DNA from: Rhizodiscina lignyota | Lineage: Eukaryota | DNA: 64,000 bases | Direction of reading: 5' to 3' | Assembly (NCBI GenBank): GCA_010015805.1 | Contig: ML978127.1 | Location: 248,001-312,000 of the forward strand | In this document: positions 46,630-57,523 of the stretch, in pieces | How the letters are laid out: every line of letters begins with the position of its first letter | Position numbering within the stretch: position 1 is the stretch's first letter | Program-made: the position numbers and the translations under genes | Notes under the pieces: model-generated | What the model was told of the DNA's origin: nothing | What the model saw: the letters and a program-made list of their open reading frames with translations, nothing else | Databases searched by the model: none

Positions 46630-47175
46630 ATGCGTGCCTCATTCGCTCTTCTCGCCCTCACGGCCGTTGCCGTCTCCGCCCAGTCCTTGGACAACAGCTT
46701 CATGACCGCAGTACCAGGCTGCAACGAGGGCCTGGAGTACGTCTCTACTCACTTCTTCTAATCCCAAAGTACTCCGCAGGACCATGACTAACGTATCCCA
46801 CCTAATAGCAAGTATGATGCTTGCGTTTCCTCCGCTGTCGATGCTGTCGACTACGAGAAAGACGGTGCTCTCTGCACGGCGTACAGCGGCATTGCGACCT
46901 GTCTCTCATCGTTCTGTGGCACCGCCGCGACACTCCCTGATTCTCTCACCAAGACGTGCCCTGGTGGCGGCTCTTCTCCCACATCTGGCTCTGGAAGCGG
47001 TTCGAACAACGCAGCAACGACGGGCGCTGGCAGCGGCGGTAGTGGCAGCGGAGCCCAGGAGACCGGTACCGCTCAGCAGCAGCAGGGCAATACGGCAAGC
47101 AGGAATGTTGGCGCGATGGGTGTTGTGATTGGCGGGATTGCCTTTGCAGTCGGATCGTTGGCTGTCATGCTGTGA
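46630..47175 (+). CDS. Small secreted GPI-anchored 6-Cys protein
   Basis: Signal peptide MRASFALLALTAVAVSA, intron 46737-46808 (gtacgt..ctaac..tag), six Cys, a Gly/Ser linker and a hydrophobic tail VGAMGVVIGGIAFAVGSLAVML. Not present in this frame in the ORF track. Confidence 0.8.
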
Positions 47176-47426
47176 GAAGCAAGGCATTAGGCAGACCGGA
47201 TACCGTGTGCTGTTAGCGACGGAGTTGTTGTTGTAAAATGGGAGGAAGCTCCACGGAGCATTGTCAATCGCTTTGGTCTATCCTTAATATTCATGTGGTA
47301 CATATTGAGTAATACAAGTTGCGTCTCTCTTGACGTCGATGTACATTTACTGAGCGGGGTATTGCAATATCGAAAGGCCCTATAAAACGCCAGGCCATGC
47401 AAAAGATCAAAATGCCCATCCCTAAT

Positions 47427-49072
47427 TTATGCATGGTTCTCACCCAAGACAGCGCTCTTTGCATTCGAACCCCCTCTTGATTTCATGGAAGGGGTTCCAC
47501 CTATCGCCCCACGCCCCTGAGCCCTTGCGGCCTGCTGCACCAACCTCATCGCCCTTCTCGGCACCCAGACTCTGCTCCCGAGTACCATCGACATCGTCAG
47601 CAGTGCTAATGCACCTGCCTGATGGCTCGCCGCCAACCATGTTGGCACGAGATAGATGAGTGTACTGATACCCAATATGACCTGCAGCCACGTGAAATGC
47701 ACCACGCCCAATACGCCCCTCCCACCTCTTGGAATCCTCGCCAACGCAGTTCTAGTGCGCGGAGAAAAGCGCGACCACAGCCACAGCGCGTGTACGGCAG
47801 TGAATGTGGTCACTGCAAGCACCCTATGATCCAGCTGTACGAGTGACGGGTTGGCGGTCGCGTTGCGCCAGATCAGGTCCGAGCGGTCCTCTTTGCGAGA
47901 ATAGAAGATGTCGAAGAGTTCTGCTTTGGGAGGCGTGAGGCCAAGACCCATGTAAGGGAATTCGTTGTAGATGAGTCCGGCGTCTAAGCCAGCGACTAAG
48001 GCACCAGACATCGCTGTTGTAAATATCAGTGCGGCGAGCAAGCCGGTAGCTATGCGGAATGGGCGAAAGGCTGGAGATGCGAGATTGTTGAGCTGTTCAA
48101 GTGCGGTGACGGTTGGCATGGAAAGGAAGCGTCGCTCGCGCAAGATAGAGAGGCCCGTGTAGAGCATAGAGCAGTATACCACAAACGCAGCTCCGAGATG
48201 GATCGTCAAGCGGTATTGGCTCACTCTAGGCACCTCGCCCTTCGCGAACAGGTCATCCTTCAGTCCGCTCTTGACCATCCACCATCCAATGAACCCTTGG
48301 AGTCCAATGAGCCCACTTATGCCCACCAAGCTCGCAGCCACCGGTGCAGAGACCCGTCGGCGGGCAATGAAGTAGATGGTTGGGAGCAAAAAGGTTATGC
48401 CAACCACACGACCCCATACCCTGTGCGTCCATTCCATCCAATATATTTGTTTGAAAGCAGCCAGGTCCATGTTTGAATTAAGTTGCTTGAATTCGGGCGA
48501 GAGACGATATTTGGCGAATTCGGCTTCCCAGTCAGTTTCTGAGACTGGCGGGAAGGAGCCTGTTACGGGACGCCATTCAGTTATGCTGAGGCTATAGGTA
48601 CTGTTAGTAATTGCTGGAATGCCAATTGGACGATTTGAGTTGGGATTTGGGTGGGCGGTCTAGAAGTGATATTGAGGGAGATATACCCAGACTCGGTCAA
48701 TCTTGTGAGACCGCCAAAAACTACAATGCCAAATACACTTGCAGCGCTTCCAAGCAACCAGTACGCTACCGATTTATTGGAGCTATGAGGGAAGAATGTC
48801 CTTCTCGCACTCTGCCCACTCGTGCTTCCGCGTTGCGCCGCTTCTGCTTCCAGGAGGCCAATCGTGCCATTGAGAGGATTCAGTGTCGTTGCCTTGCCAT
48901 TGGACAGTGCTCTCGAATTCTGCGTGAAGAAGTTGGCGCTCTGATTCCTGGTTCTACCACCGAAAGGAGCTTGTCGTATGCCGTTCAACAGAGGATGTGA
49001 AGACCGGATGGCTCCGATATTACCATGGGCCTGACAGGTGAAAAATTGTCGACATAAGCGCGCGGAGGCCAT
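47427..49072 (-). CDS. COX15: Heme A synthase
   Basis: Arg-rich mitochondrial presequence; GGLTRLTESG/LSITEWRPVTG across intron 48686-48592; EWTHRVWGR, VSQYRLTIH, GLDAGLIYNEFP, QLDHR and ASHQAG. Confidence 0.96.
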
Positions 49073-49389
49073 GCTTGGCCTGAAGGAGCTGTTCTCTTTG
49101 ACTTTGGCGGTGAGATGAAAACGTAGATACGCCGTCGTGGTCAGAAGGTCTGCGGGTGCAGGGATATAGCTGTGCACGCGGAGCACCTGTGCGTCACGCA
49201 TGCGGCATCACTTGTCGCTTTGAACAACCCCCTCTCCTGCAGCAAGCAGGATCCCATCAATCATAGCAGCAATGATGTTCTCCAGCCGCTCCCTATAACT
49301 CGGCGCTGTTCGCCGAGCATGTCGTGCTGAGCGTCTGACCAGACATTCAGTGCAACATAGCTGCTCTCTCCGAAGATACGCTACCTGCA

Positions 49390-52300
49390 ATGGTGGACGA
49401 TCAGATGGACGAGAACGATACACTTCAGCACCTGGTAGCTTCGTTAAATCTTGAAGCGGGGCGAAATAGACGCTCGTGGGCTTCAGAATCGACTCTCGAC
49501 TCTTCCACTACCGGAGGAGCTGCGTCCTCCGCCAACCAGAGTTATTCCGCAAGACACAGCATCGCACTCCCCACTCCATCTCCTTCGTCCATATTCTCCT
49601 CTGGAACAGATCCTCCTCAAGCGAATGCAGCGCGAAGCACTCCTGCTTTGACCTCGCCTACCGGTTCCGTTCGTCGACTTTCCGCTATGTCAAACACTGC
49701 CCGCACATCATCGGCCTCGCGGCGCTCTGCCCGCTTCGACGACTCTAATCTTTCAATCGTATCTAATACCAGAACATTACCAGAGGTAGAGAAGGATGTC
49801 GATGATCCAACTACGCCAGTCGAGTCCAGAGCAGCGGCAGAGCGCGAGTACACTTCTACACCAACTGCTCTCACCCGATTGTTTGCAGCGGAGATGATTA
49901 TCTCGCCTTCTACTTCGCGGCAACCCTCATACAACAGTTATACTGGTGCAATCACACGCTGTGAGTTTCACTGTGGTAGGACTTCTCACATTTGGCTATC
50001 CGCTGACGATGGAACAGCTCTAGCGACTGACTCAACGACACTTCCCGAACATCTCTACACACGCGGCTTCCTCGGCGGCAGACACAGTGATATCACGATC
50101 CTTGCATTTGGCAACAGTTATGACCTTCATCGCCTTATCCTCGATCGCTCTCCTTTCTTCAGGAACGGCCTATCGGAACCATGGGTCGAAGCTTCTGCCA
50201 AAGAGGTACCCCTCCATCCAGAAGAGCTTGATACGAACATCACGAAGATAAGCTTTGAACTTGCGCTGAAGAAGCTTTATGGCGTGGACATCAGTCAAGA
50301 GGAGGACCAAGAAGCGATTGGCCTATTTGCAACAGGATGCTGGTTAGAGATGCAGGATCTTGTAAACTCTGCCATTGAGTCGATTCTACGGCAGATGGCT
50401 CCCGAGAATCTGGCCGGGTTGATACGCTTGGTTACGAACAACTACTACGGCAAGTCTGGAGAACGTATATTGGCGAGCGCAAGAGCAATGATCTGCAGAG
50501 ATGGCTGGGAGATGCCATTGAAATACTGGGACAATATACCTGCAGAGGTGATCAACGACATTGTTGGTGGAGATGGCTTCTTTGTCCCTGGAGAGTGGGA
50601 TCGATGGGTACTTTCAAAGCGATTACTGGACCGGAGACTGAAGTACAGAGCCATTGACGCAGGAATTATGGGCCAATTTGACAGGGCACGCCCGAAGGCG
50701 CCAAATTCCACTGGCTTCATGACGCTCCGATTTGAACCAAAATGTCGCAAAGACTTCCTTAATTCTAACGCAAACGCCTTCTCTCTAGCTGAACAAGATA
50801 TGTCATGGGCATCACTCTACACTCACCAAGAAATCGAACCAATCCTCACACTGCTTGAACAAGGCGTACATTATCTCCACTTGGAGTTTGAACAACTCAT
50901 GTTCATCCGCCAAGCTCGTGATATCTTTGGCGTACCCGTTTTGTCAGAGCGTGTTGTCACAGATGCGCAGTGGATGCAATTAGAGCTTCGGCACAAAGTT
51001 CTGAGTGCGAGAGAGACTGACATGGAGCTCGGTTTAAGTGCTGCCATTGAGGATGCGGCGGAACAGCAACCTCATCCACTAGAGCAGGAACGCAAGACGG
51101 ACGATGCTGGAAATCTCATGCCAGCGATCCCATCTCGAAAATCTTCTTACAAGGGCAAAGAGAAAGCGACTGAAGGTGCTGATACGTCAGCAGCTGGATT
51201 GCGGCTCGCTAAGGAGGTCTTGCCAGTGAACAACAGTTGGGTCAACGCAATGTCGTCTGCGAACACACCCAGCGAACCGTCTAAATTCCCAATTCCGAGC
51301 CAGGATTGCAACATCGTCATTGGAGGAAACGCCGATCCTGTCATCACGACTTCATCCTCATCCACTCGTCACGCTTCGCAGCTCTCTTCAGACACTACTG
51401 ACCTTCAGTTCGCAACCGAATTTGCTGGCTCACCCCCGAACAATCGTCCAACAACTCCTGGAAGCGGCAGTGACAAAGGCACATCGGTCTCGAACACACA
51501 GCCGAGGCCAACAGCTTACAGTAATTTCCCACCTTTCCGCTTTTCCGCCGAATTTCCCAATCCGCGTTCTCTGAAAGAGAAGAAGCGGGTCTACTCACGC
51601 ACAGTCTTTTATGCCGGCAGTCTCTGGAATGTCTACATACAAAAGGTGCGATCCGCGAAGAACCCACAACTTGGTGTCTATTTGCATCGCGCAAAGGAAC
51701 GAGAAGTCGAGGAAGGAGTCATTAGTGGCATTGGAGCGGGCGCCAACGGTGCCAACCTGAGTGGTTACCAGGGCACGTATGCAGGATACGCTGGTCTTGG
51801 GGGACGAGCAGGAACTGTCGATGAGCAGATCGGTTTGCTGGAGCGGGAGATGCTTCTCCGCTCCGAGCGACGTGAGCGACGCCATGCTCGAGCGACTAGA
51901 TCTTCTGCAGCCGGTCATCGCAGCGTCCAGAGTCAGCCGGTAGATCTAGGAGCAACTAGACACAATGGTGGAGAAGAGTCCAGCGGTAGTGGCGTGGAGG
52001 CAGACACGGGTGCGCAGGCGTCTTCAACTGCCAGGCTCGCAAGCTACGGCCGACGCCGTGACAGGCCCACCCGTTCCAGTCTCGGAGCCGAGCAAAACTG
52101 GACGTTTCCCCAATTGACTTCTTTGTCATCTCCTTCTGGATCAGATACCGACAATTCGGATGACGATGACGACGACGATCTCTTTAATGCCTTCTCTACT
52201 ATTCCACCACCTGGGTACCTATCACATAGTACAACACCTGCCAGCACCTCACCTCCTACAACTCGCCGTCCTCGTAAACTGATGGTTCGCTCTGGAACCG

Positions 52301-52770
52301 GCGGGGCCACAACTAATACTACGACCGCAGCGCGCGACGGACGCCCTGACAGTTCAAACGGAAGACCAGGAATAACACGCACACCGACACTTCCGCCATA
52401 CGTCGATGGGCGCCCCACCATCCGAACATATTTCAAGATCTACTCTCCAAGCAAAGGTGGTCGTTTGCTCTCCGTATACGAAAGCGCACCCGATCGCTTC
52501 AACTTTAGCCAGAGCTGGGGTTGGAAGAGTGGCAGCCTGATGCTGGATGAAGGTTTTGATACATCGGGAACTTCGGCGGGTGTTGGAGGTCTGGAGAATA
52601 ATGTTGATATGGGAGCGGAGAGCGATGGTTTGGGTCTGACTGGTACTTTGCAATCTAACGATACGGGCATTGGCCTGGAGCGCAAAGACTCTCGCGAGGG
52701 GAAGAAGAGGAGGTGGAAAGCGAAAGGAGAAGGTAAACTCAGGTTCATGATTGTCATTGGGAATCTCTGA
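49390..52770 (+). CDS. BTB/POZ-domain protein with a C-terminal MATH-like split domain
   Basis: BTB-like HSDITILAFGNSYDLHRLILDRSPFF; FPPFRFSAEF, YAGSLWNVYIQ..LGVYLHR and FSQSWGW. Probable 57-nt intron at 49961-50017. Confidence 0.85.
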   Translation: MVDDQMDENDTLQHLVASLNLEAGRNRRSWASESTLDSSTTGGAASSANQSYSARHSIALPTPSPSSIFSSGTDPPQANAARSTPALTSPTGSVRRLSAMSNTARTSSASRRSARFDDSNLSIVSNTRTLPEVEKDVDDPTTPVESRAAAEREYTSTPTALTRLFAAEMIISPSTSRQPSYNSYTGAITRCEFHCGRTSHIWLSADDGTALATDSTTLPEHLYTRGFLGGRHSDITILAFGNSYDLHRLILDRSPFFRNGLSEPWVEASAKEVPLHPEELDTNITKISFELALKKLYGVDISQEEDQEAIGLFATGCWLEMQDLVNSAIESILRQMAPENLAGLIRLVTNNYYGKSGERILASARAMICRDGWEMPLKYWDNIPAEVINDIVGGDGFFVPGEWDRWVLSKRLLDRRLKYRAIDAGIMGQFDRARPKAPNSTGFMTLRFEPKCRKDFLNSNANAFSLAEQDMSWASLYTHQEIEPILTLLEQGVHYLHLEFEQLMFIRQARDIFGVPVLSERVVTDAQWMQLELRHKVLSARETDMELGLSAAIEDAAEQQPHPLEQERKTDDAGNLMPAIPSRKSSYKGKEKATEGADTSAAGLRLAKEVLPVNNSWVNAMSSANTPSEPSKFPIPSQDCNIVIGGNADPVITTSSSSTRHASQLSSDTTDLQFATEFAGSPPNNRPTTPGSGSDKGTSVSNTQPRPTAYSNFPPFRFSAEFPNPRSLKEKKRVYSRTVFYAGSLWNVYIQKVRSAKNPQLGVYLHRAKEREVEEGVISGIGAGANGANLSGYQGTYAGYAGLGGRAGTVDEQIGLLEREMLLRSERRERRHARATRSSAAGHRSVQSQPVDLGATRHNGGEESSGSGVEADTGAQASSTARLASYGRRRDRPTRSSLGAEQNWTFPQLTSLSSPSGSDTDNSDDDDDDDLFNAFSTIPPPGYLSHSTTPASTSPPTTRRPRKLMVRSGTGGATTNTTTAARDGRPDSSNGRPGITRTPTLPPYVDGRPTIRTYFKIYSPSKGGRLLSVYESAPDRFNFSQSWGWKSGSLMLDEGFDTSGTSAGVGGLENNVDMGAESDGLGLTGTLQSNDTGIGLERKDSREGKKRRWKAKGEGKLRFMIVIGNL

Positions 52771-53245
52771 TTGCTTCGCTGTGGCGATGATAATCATCGT
52801 CTGGGAATGCTGCTGTCAAATATGGCGTTTGGTAGATGACGTTGCGTGAGTCTTTGCCACGAATCGGACGAACGACGACATGATATACCCCTTTTGCCCG
52901 CAAATATCCATTTTTCTTCCTAAATAAACACACGTGGCGTTTACTCTTCTTCTAGCAAACTTGACATTGCGCGTGTTAGTTGCGGGTTTCTCAAAAGTGC
53001 GTTGGAGATCGTCCTGGCAACCAATTTCTTCACAGCTTCACGTCGTCACTATCCCGCAACGCCAAGAAAAACAAGCAGGTGTTTTGATTGCGATAAATAT
53101 CGCGTCTGTTTCCTCACAATTCCATCCCTTCATACGCGCGTGGATTGGTCTTTCCAGTTCTCTATCTCAGTTGCTTACTTACCTGAACTCTTCGCCACTT
53201 CCTATTTTGACCAGTTCATCACCTCTCTCGGTTTACGCCACGACA

Positions 53246-54569
53246 ATGCGTCCCTCTCCGACCGAAAGTCCAACGGGGGCAAGCTTCGAGCGCTCTGAAC
53301 CCTTCGAATTGGACTTTGAAGTCATGGACGAACAGGACTTCGAGAACGTCGACGTACCATGGGCTGAAAGCCCTAGTCCCGGCAGCAGTGATCCTTCACC
53401 TTCCGAGACGATGGATGCTTGGGGCGAGGTTACTCTGGAGCATCCAAATCCCGAAACCACGTTCCTAGGGCCAATGGGCGAAGACTGGAACCCCAATCTT
53501 AATCCTTCGCATTTTGCGCAAGCGGATGCGGAGTGGGCTCAACAACTCCTGCCCGAGAACGCAAGTATCCCTGATGTTGAATACACGGGTCTCATGCAAA
53601 GTGAGGCAGTCCTAACCGAGCTTCTCGATCCCACGGACTGGGCTTGGAATCGCACGCGACGCTACATGATTCAGCTCTCTGACAACACTTCGAATACGCA
53701 TACCCCTTTGCTCCAAACTGACGGAAGAGAACTCTCGCTGGAGGAACTAGCAACTTGGGTGCATCTCAGCACTACTTGGGAATACTTCCGCCAACTTGAG
53801 CATCGCCATGACTCTGCAGCGTCTGAGCAAGAATGGGCAGACATTCAGGCCGAGTTCGAGCGGCAAGTTGCTGAAGATACAGCCATGTGGCTGCTTCCAG
53901 TGTCGGAGTCTGAGCCAGCACCTGAAGCAGCGAAGGTGGTAGCGGAGAGTCCCGTGGACTCTATGGCGGCTCCTTCGGGCAGCGCCGGCGTCGCTGGCAC
54001 GCAATACGAGGCTGACGAGCGTATGTGGAAATGTTATTCACTGTTGACATTTGCGATGCAGAAGCTAACCTCTGAAAGCGGTAGCGCCAGTTCTTTCTCC
54101 ACTGGCGCCAGCCTTCTCTCCTTTGACGCCGCTTCCGAACTACACGATCGTCCCCACCGACCCAGACTCACCCAACACACCTTATGCTCCCGGTCCCATT
54201 GCACAATCTCAAGTCTCTGGAGACAATGATACGCATACAGCCGTAAATCCGGCGGAACAGGTGCGGAAGGAGATGCAAACCCATCTCGAGCCTCGCCCTA
54301 GCTCTCCAGCGCACAGTGCAACGGAATACCTATCACAAGAAAGCAGTATCATGTGGGAAGCTACGGACAGTATTCCCATTAGACGGGGAAAGGGTCGTCC
54401 CCCAAACCGAAGGCAGCGGAATGAACAAGGCGCTTATGGTATGTGTTCGCTCCTGCAATCAACGCCGATTAATAGAAGGACGATACTACCTCTTACAGTA
54501 GGAACGAAGAGGGTGAGCGCCGGTACAGGCCGCTGCAGCCGAAGCCTGCAGAGTGATAGACAGAAGTAA
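53246..54569 (+). CDS. Hypothetical acidic protein with an AT-hook-like motif
   Basis: ATG 53246 (MRPSPTES), intron at about 54021-54083 (gtatgt..gctaac..tag), then RRGKGRPPNRR. The 3' exon structure is uncertain. Confidence 0.55.
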
Positions 54570-55116
54570 GGCGCCACGCGACACGAAATTAAGGTATCGC
54601 ATCAGCTAATTTGCAAGAACAGGTGTCAAGAGCATGATCCCTTCAGGGGTAGTCATGATGGTCGATGGTTGCGATTTGGTTTCCGAGCGTGAGAACTGGA
54701 GGGTTGATGGAGCAAGTGCGCGGGTTTTCCGTGTACAGATTACTATTGTACTATTATTGAACATTGGTTTCGTGAAGGTTTGCGTAAAAGTGTGTGGCTG
54801 GTAAGGAGTTTATTGTACCTTTGCTATTCAACCCGTCACACTAGTGTCGTCCAACCATCAATGGTCAATGTGTCCATTGTGATTCTACACAATAGGTGAA
54901 AGTTCTCTCCTCTATATCTTCCTTCCTATGTCTTTGCTTCTTCCCTCCTTTCTTTCCAGAACTCTTCTCATCGGTCTTGTAAAGTCAACTTTCACATCAG
55001 AACACTTAATTTCCACCCGCGGAGCCGGCCTCTTAGCAACACACGCAACAGATCATATTCTCAATCCCACTCACCAGCTCCGACCAACTTTCCACCAACA
55101 ATACAGTCCTGACACG

Positions 55117-55920
55117 ATGTCTTCAACCGTTTCTGTTCCAAGCACTCCTGGCCACAAAAACACCAGCAGCCCGCCGTCTCTGCCGCGTACGAACGAAACC
55201 AATATCACAACTCCCACCTCTTCTCCAACACCCTCAGCACCAAACTTACTGCGCAAGAGGCGCGCTCCAAGCATGCTCGACGAGGATGACACTGTGGCTC
55301 CTTCCTCTTCCGAAGGCAATAGCACTAATAACGAAGACCGCCCTCGCAAGCGCGCACGCAGTGCAACCTACTCGCCCGGCCCCGACGAACCGATCAAATT
55401 CGACTGTGGCGGCCTTGTCATCCACACGATCGTGGATGGCCTGTGGAAAATAATGGGCATCGAGAACCTGGTCGAGATGTTCGCGGCTGAGCCCAAAACC
55501 CACGACGATCCAGCCCCGGTCTCGGAGGCCACGCGGGCCTTCATCAAGTCAGAACTGGGCCTTGTGCTGCACCTGGTCCCATGGCCAGCCTTCGGAGACG
55601 ACCAGCTGGAATGCATGCTCCGCATCGTGGAGTACATGGCCCACAGACACAATGACTATGTCGATGTGGATGAGCTGAGGAGCAAGGAATGGTTCCAGCA
55701 GGGATTCGGGCCCCTGCGCGAAGTCGCTGACTTCGCAAATTTCATGTTCTTCGACAAGAGCCTGGAGTTGGAGCAGACGGAGGAGGAGAGGGAGGAGGCA
55801 GAGAGAGAGCAGGCGGCGGTCGTGAAATACAAGAATGCTCTGAAATACGAACAAAGGAAGAAAGAGCTGGCGGGTTGGTACGCGACGGACTCTGAGGACA
55901 GCGGGTCAGATAGCGAGTAG
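55117..55920 (+). CDS. Hypothetical protein with NLS-like motifs and an acidic C-terminus
   Basis: ATG 55117 (MSSTVSVP) inside ORF 54928-55920; contains LRKRR and RPRKRAR; coding-like codon bias; TATA-like box near 54912. Confidence 0.7.
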   Translation: MSSTVSVPSTPGHKNTSSPPSLPRTNETNITTPTSSPTPSAPNLLRKRRAPSMLDEDDTVAPSSSEGNSTNNEDRPRKRARSATYSPGPDEPIKFDCGGLVIHTIVDGLWKIMGIENLVEMFAAEPKTHDDPAPVSEATRAFIKSELGLVLHLVPWPAFGDDQLECMLRIVEYMAHRHNDYVDVDELRSKEWFQQGFGPLREVADFANFMFFDKSLELEQTEEEREEAEREQAAVVKYKNALKYEQRKKELAGWYATDSEDSGSDSE

Positions 55921-55984
55921 TCTGTCTTGTACCATTCCGCGAGTGCCTTCCTTACTTTGCTCGTATTTCAGAGCGTTCTTGTAT
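55827..55984. repeat. Inverted repeat, ~65-bp arms with a 27-nt spacer
   Basis: 55827-55891 (atacaagaatgctctgaaatacgaacaaag...) matches the reverse complement of 55919-55984 (atacaagaacgctctgaaatacgagcaaag...), roughly 80% identical by eye. Confidence 0.9.
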
Positions 55985-56047
55985 CTCTTTTCAATAAAGC
56001 ATCAAGGCTTTGTATAGATATGTATAGTTAGCATCGAACGATATTCA

Positions 56048-56360
56048 AATTGGTGCTCAACACTCACCCACGCTGCGATTTGTGTACCTCATGCGCCAGA
56101 CTTTGCGGTGGTGAATATCAAGGCATATGTGCTACGGTTAGACGAACAGGTATACAGTATCATCCTTTCCCTATATGCTACAGAGTCCTCTCTCTGTGTG
56201 CAAAGATGATTGAATTAATGCTCAGCACTCGTTCGCGCTGCCACTTGAGAATACCACGTGCTGGACTCAGCGGTGGCAAATATCGCGACGCACGTACCAC
56301 GCTTAGACGAACAGGTCTACGGTATCGTCGCTTCTCTATACGCCACAAACTCCTTTTTCT
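56048..56360. repeat. Diverged tandem duplication, period 165 bp
   Basis: Shared anchors: tgctca(a/g)cactc at about 56054 and 56219, gcggtgg..aatatc, and ttagacgaacaggt at 56138 and 56303. Confidence 0.85.
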
Positions 56361-57523
56361 CTCTCCGGATCTCTTCAAATGTGCGGATGGAACACGGTTC
56401 AAATACAAGAACACTCTCTTTAGCCTTAGCGAAACCACGAATTGAGATTACATACCCATAGATAAAACCGACGACTTGGTGCCTTCAATGATGTCCAGAA
56501 GTCCACGCCTCAAACTTCCGACCTTCCCTCTCTGCTACCCATGTATACTAGCCTATTCATTGCAGCAGTGCAATTCTCACTCTTGTATATAGCTAATTAA
56601 CGGTTCAAGAAGGCTGTGGATTCAGCTGCGGACAACCCCTCGGTATTGTTGCGTCCACTGTACGTACTTCGTAGCCGCCACTGAAGTCGATCGCCAAAGG
56701 TACCTGCACTGTTTCAAAGGTTGTGGGTCCTCACATGGACTATGTGCTAAGTCCTGTAAGAATACAATATGCCAAGTCGGCAAGAGAAGAGCAAGAAGCT
56801 CCCGCTGATAACTGAATGGACGATGCACACTCCAGTGCAGCTTGCACGTGTAGTAAAATCTCAGCCTGTTTCAAGGTTCATCTCATATATACCCATAGCG
56901 ACTAAGTCGTGGGGTGAAATACCACGGTCTATGCTCCCTTCTGATCTCGCACAACCTGAAGAGGGTACGCAGAAACGTAAAACGGTGCCCACGCTTGCGT
57001 TCAGTTATACCTGGAGCTGGAATCTTCCTTTCAACACGAGTGTTTGATCAATAAAGACTGACAGCCTTGGATTATAATTACTAGAACGTTCTCAAGATCG
57101 AACAATCCCTTGTACGCGTTGTATATAACGCGCTGTATATTCGAAATCATGCATTGTCAATGTCATGTCACCAAAATGGTTCACTGCAATCATTCGAGTA
57201 CATATATCTCAATCATGAACTGATTAAGAAGGGCAGACAACTGTCTACACATCTCGTCCTCTTCAACTCGCAGTAGCCTGAGCCACTCGAAGATGTCCGG
57301 AAGCACAACTGCGGCAATTGTTGGAGACGCGATGACTGTTAGCCATTTTTCGACGTGTCGAGACTGCAGAAGTTTGGTGTTATTGCGGCAACTGGGGGAT
57401 TCCTTTGATTACTTTGATTCGTCTGAGTCTCCAGCGACGAGTACCTTCCTCTCTGGTCTCTTCAAATCTCTGACCCTGAAGGAGCTCATGTCCATTGAGT
57501 TTACTTTCCGCCACCCCACTCAG

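Noticed and set aside
47427..49072. COX15 as part of the copper cluster
   Set aside because: It is 10 kb away with unrelated genes between; housekeeping gene, linkage probably incidental.
54861..54895. CAATG/CATTGT/ACAAT HMG-box-like sites upstream of orphan and RING genes
   Set aside because: 5-6-mers expected by chance; needs enrichment statistics.
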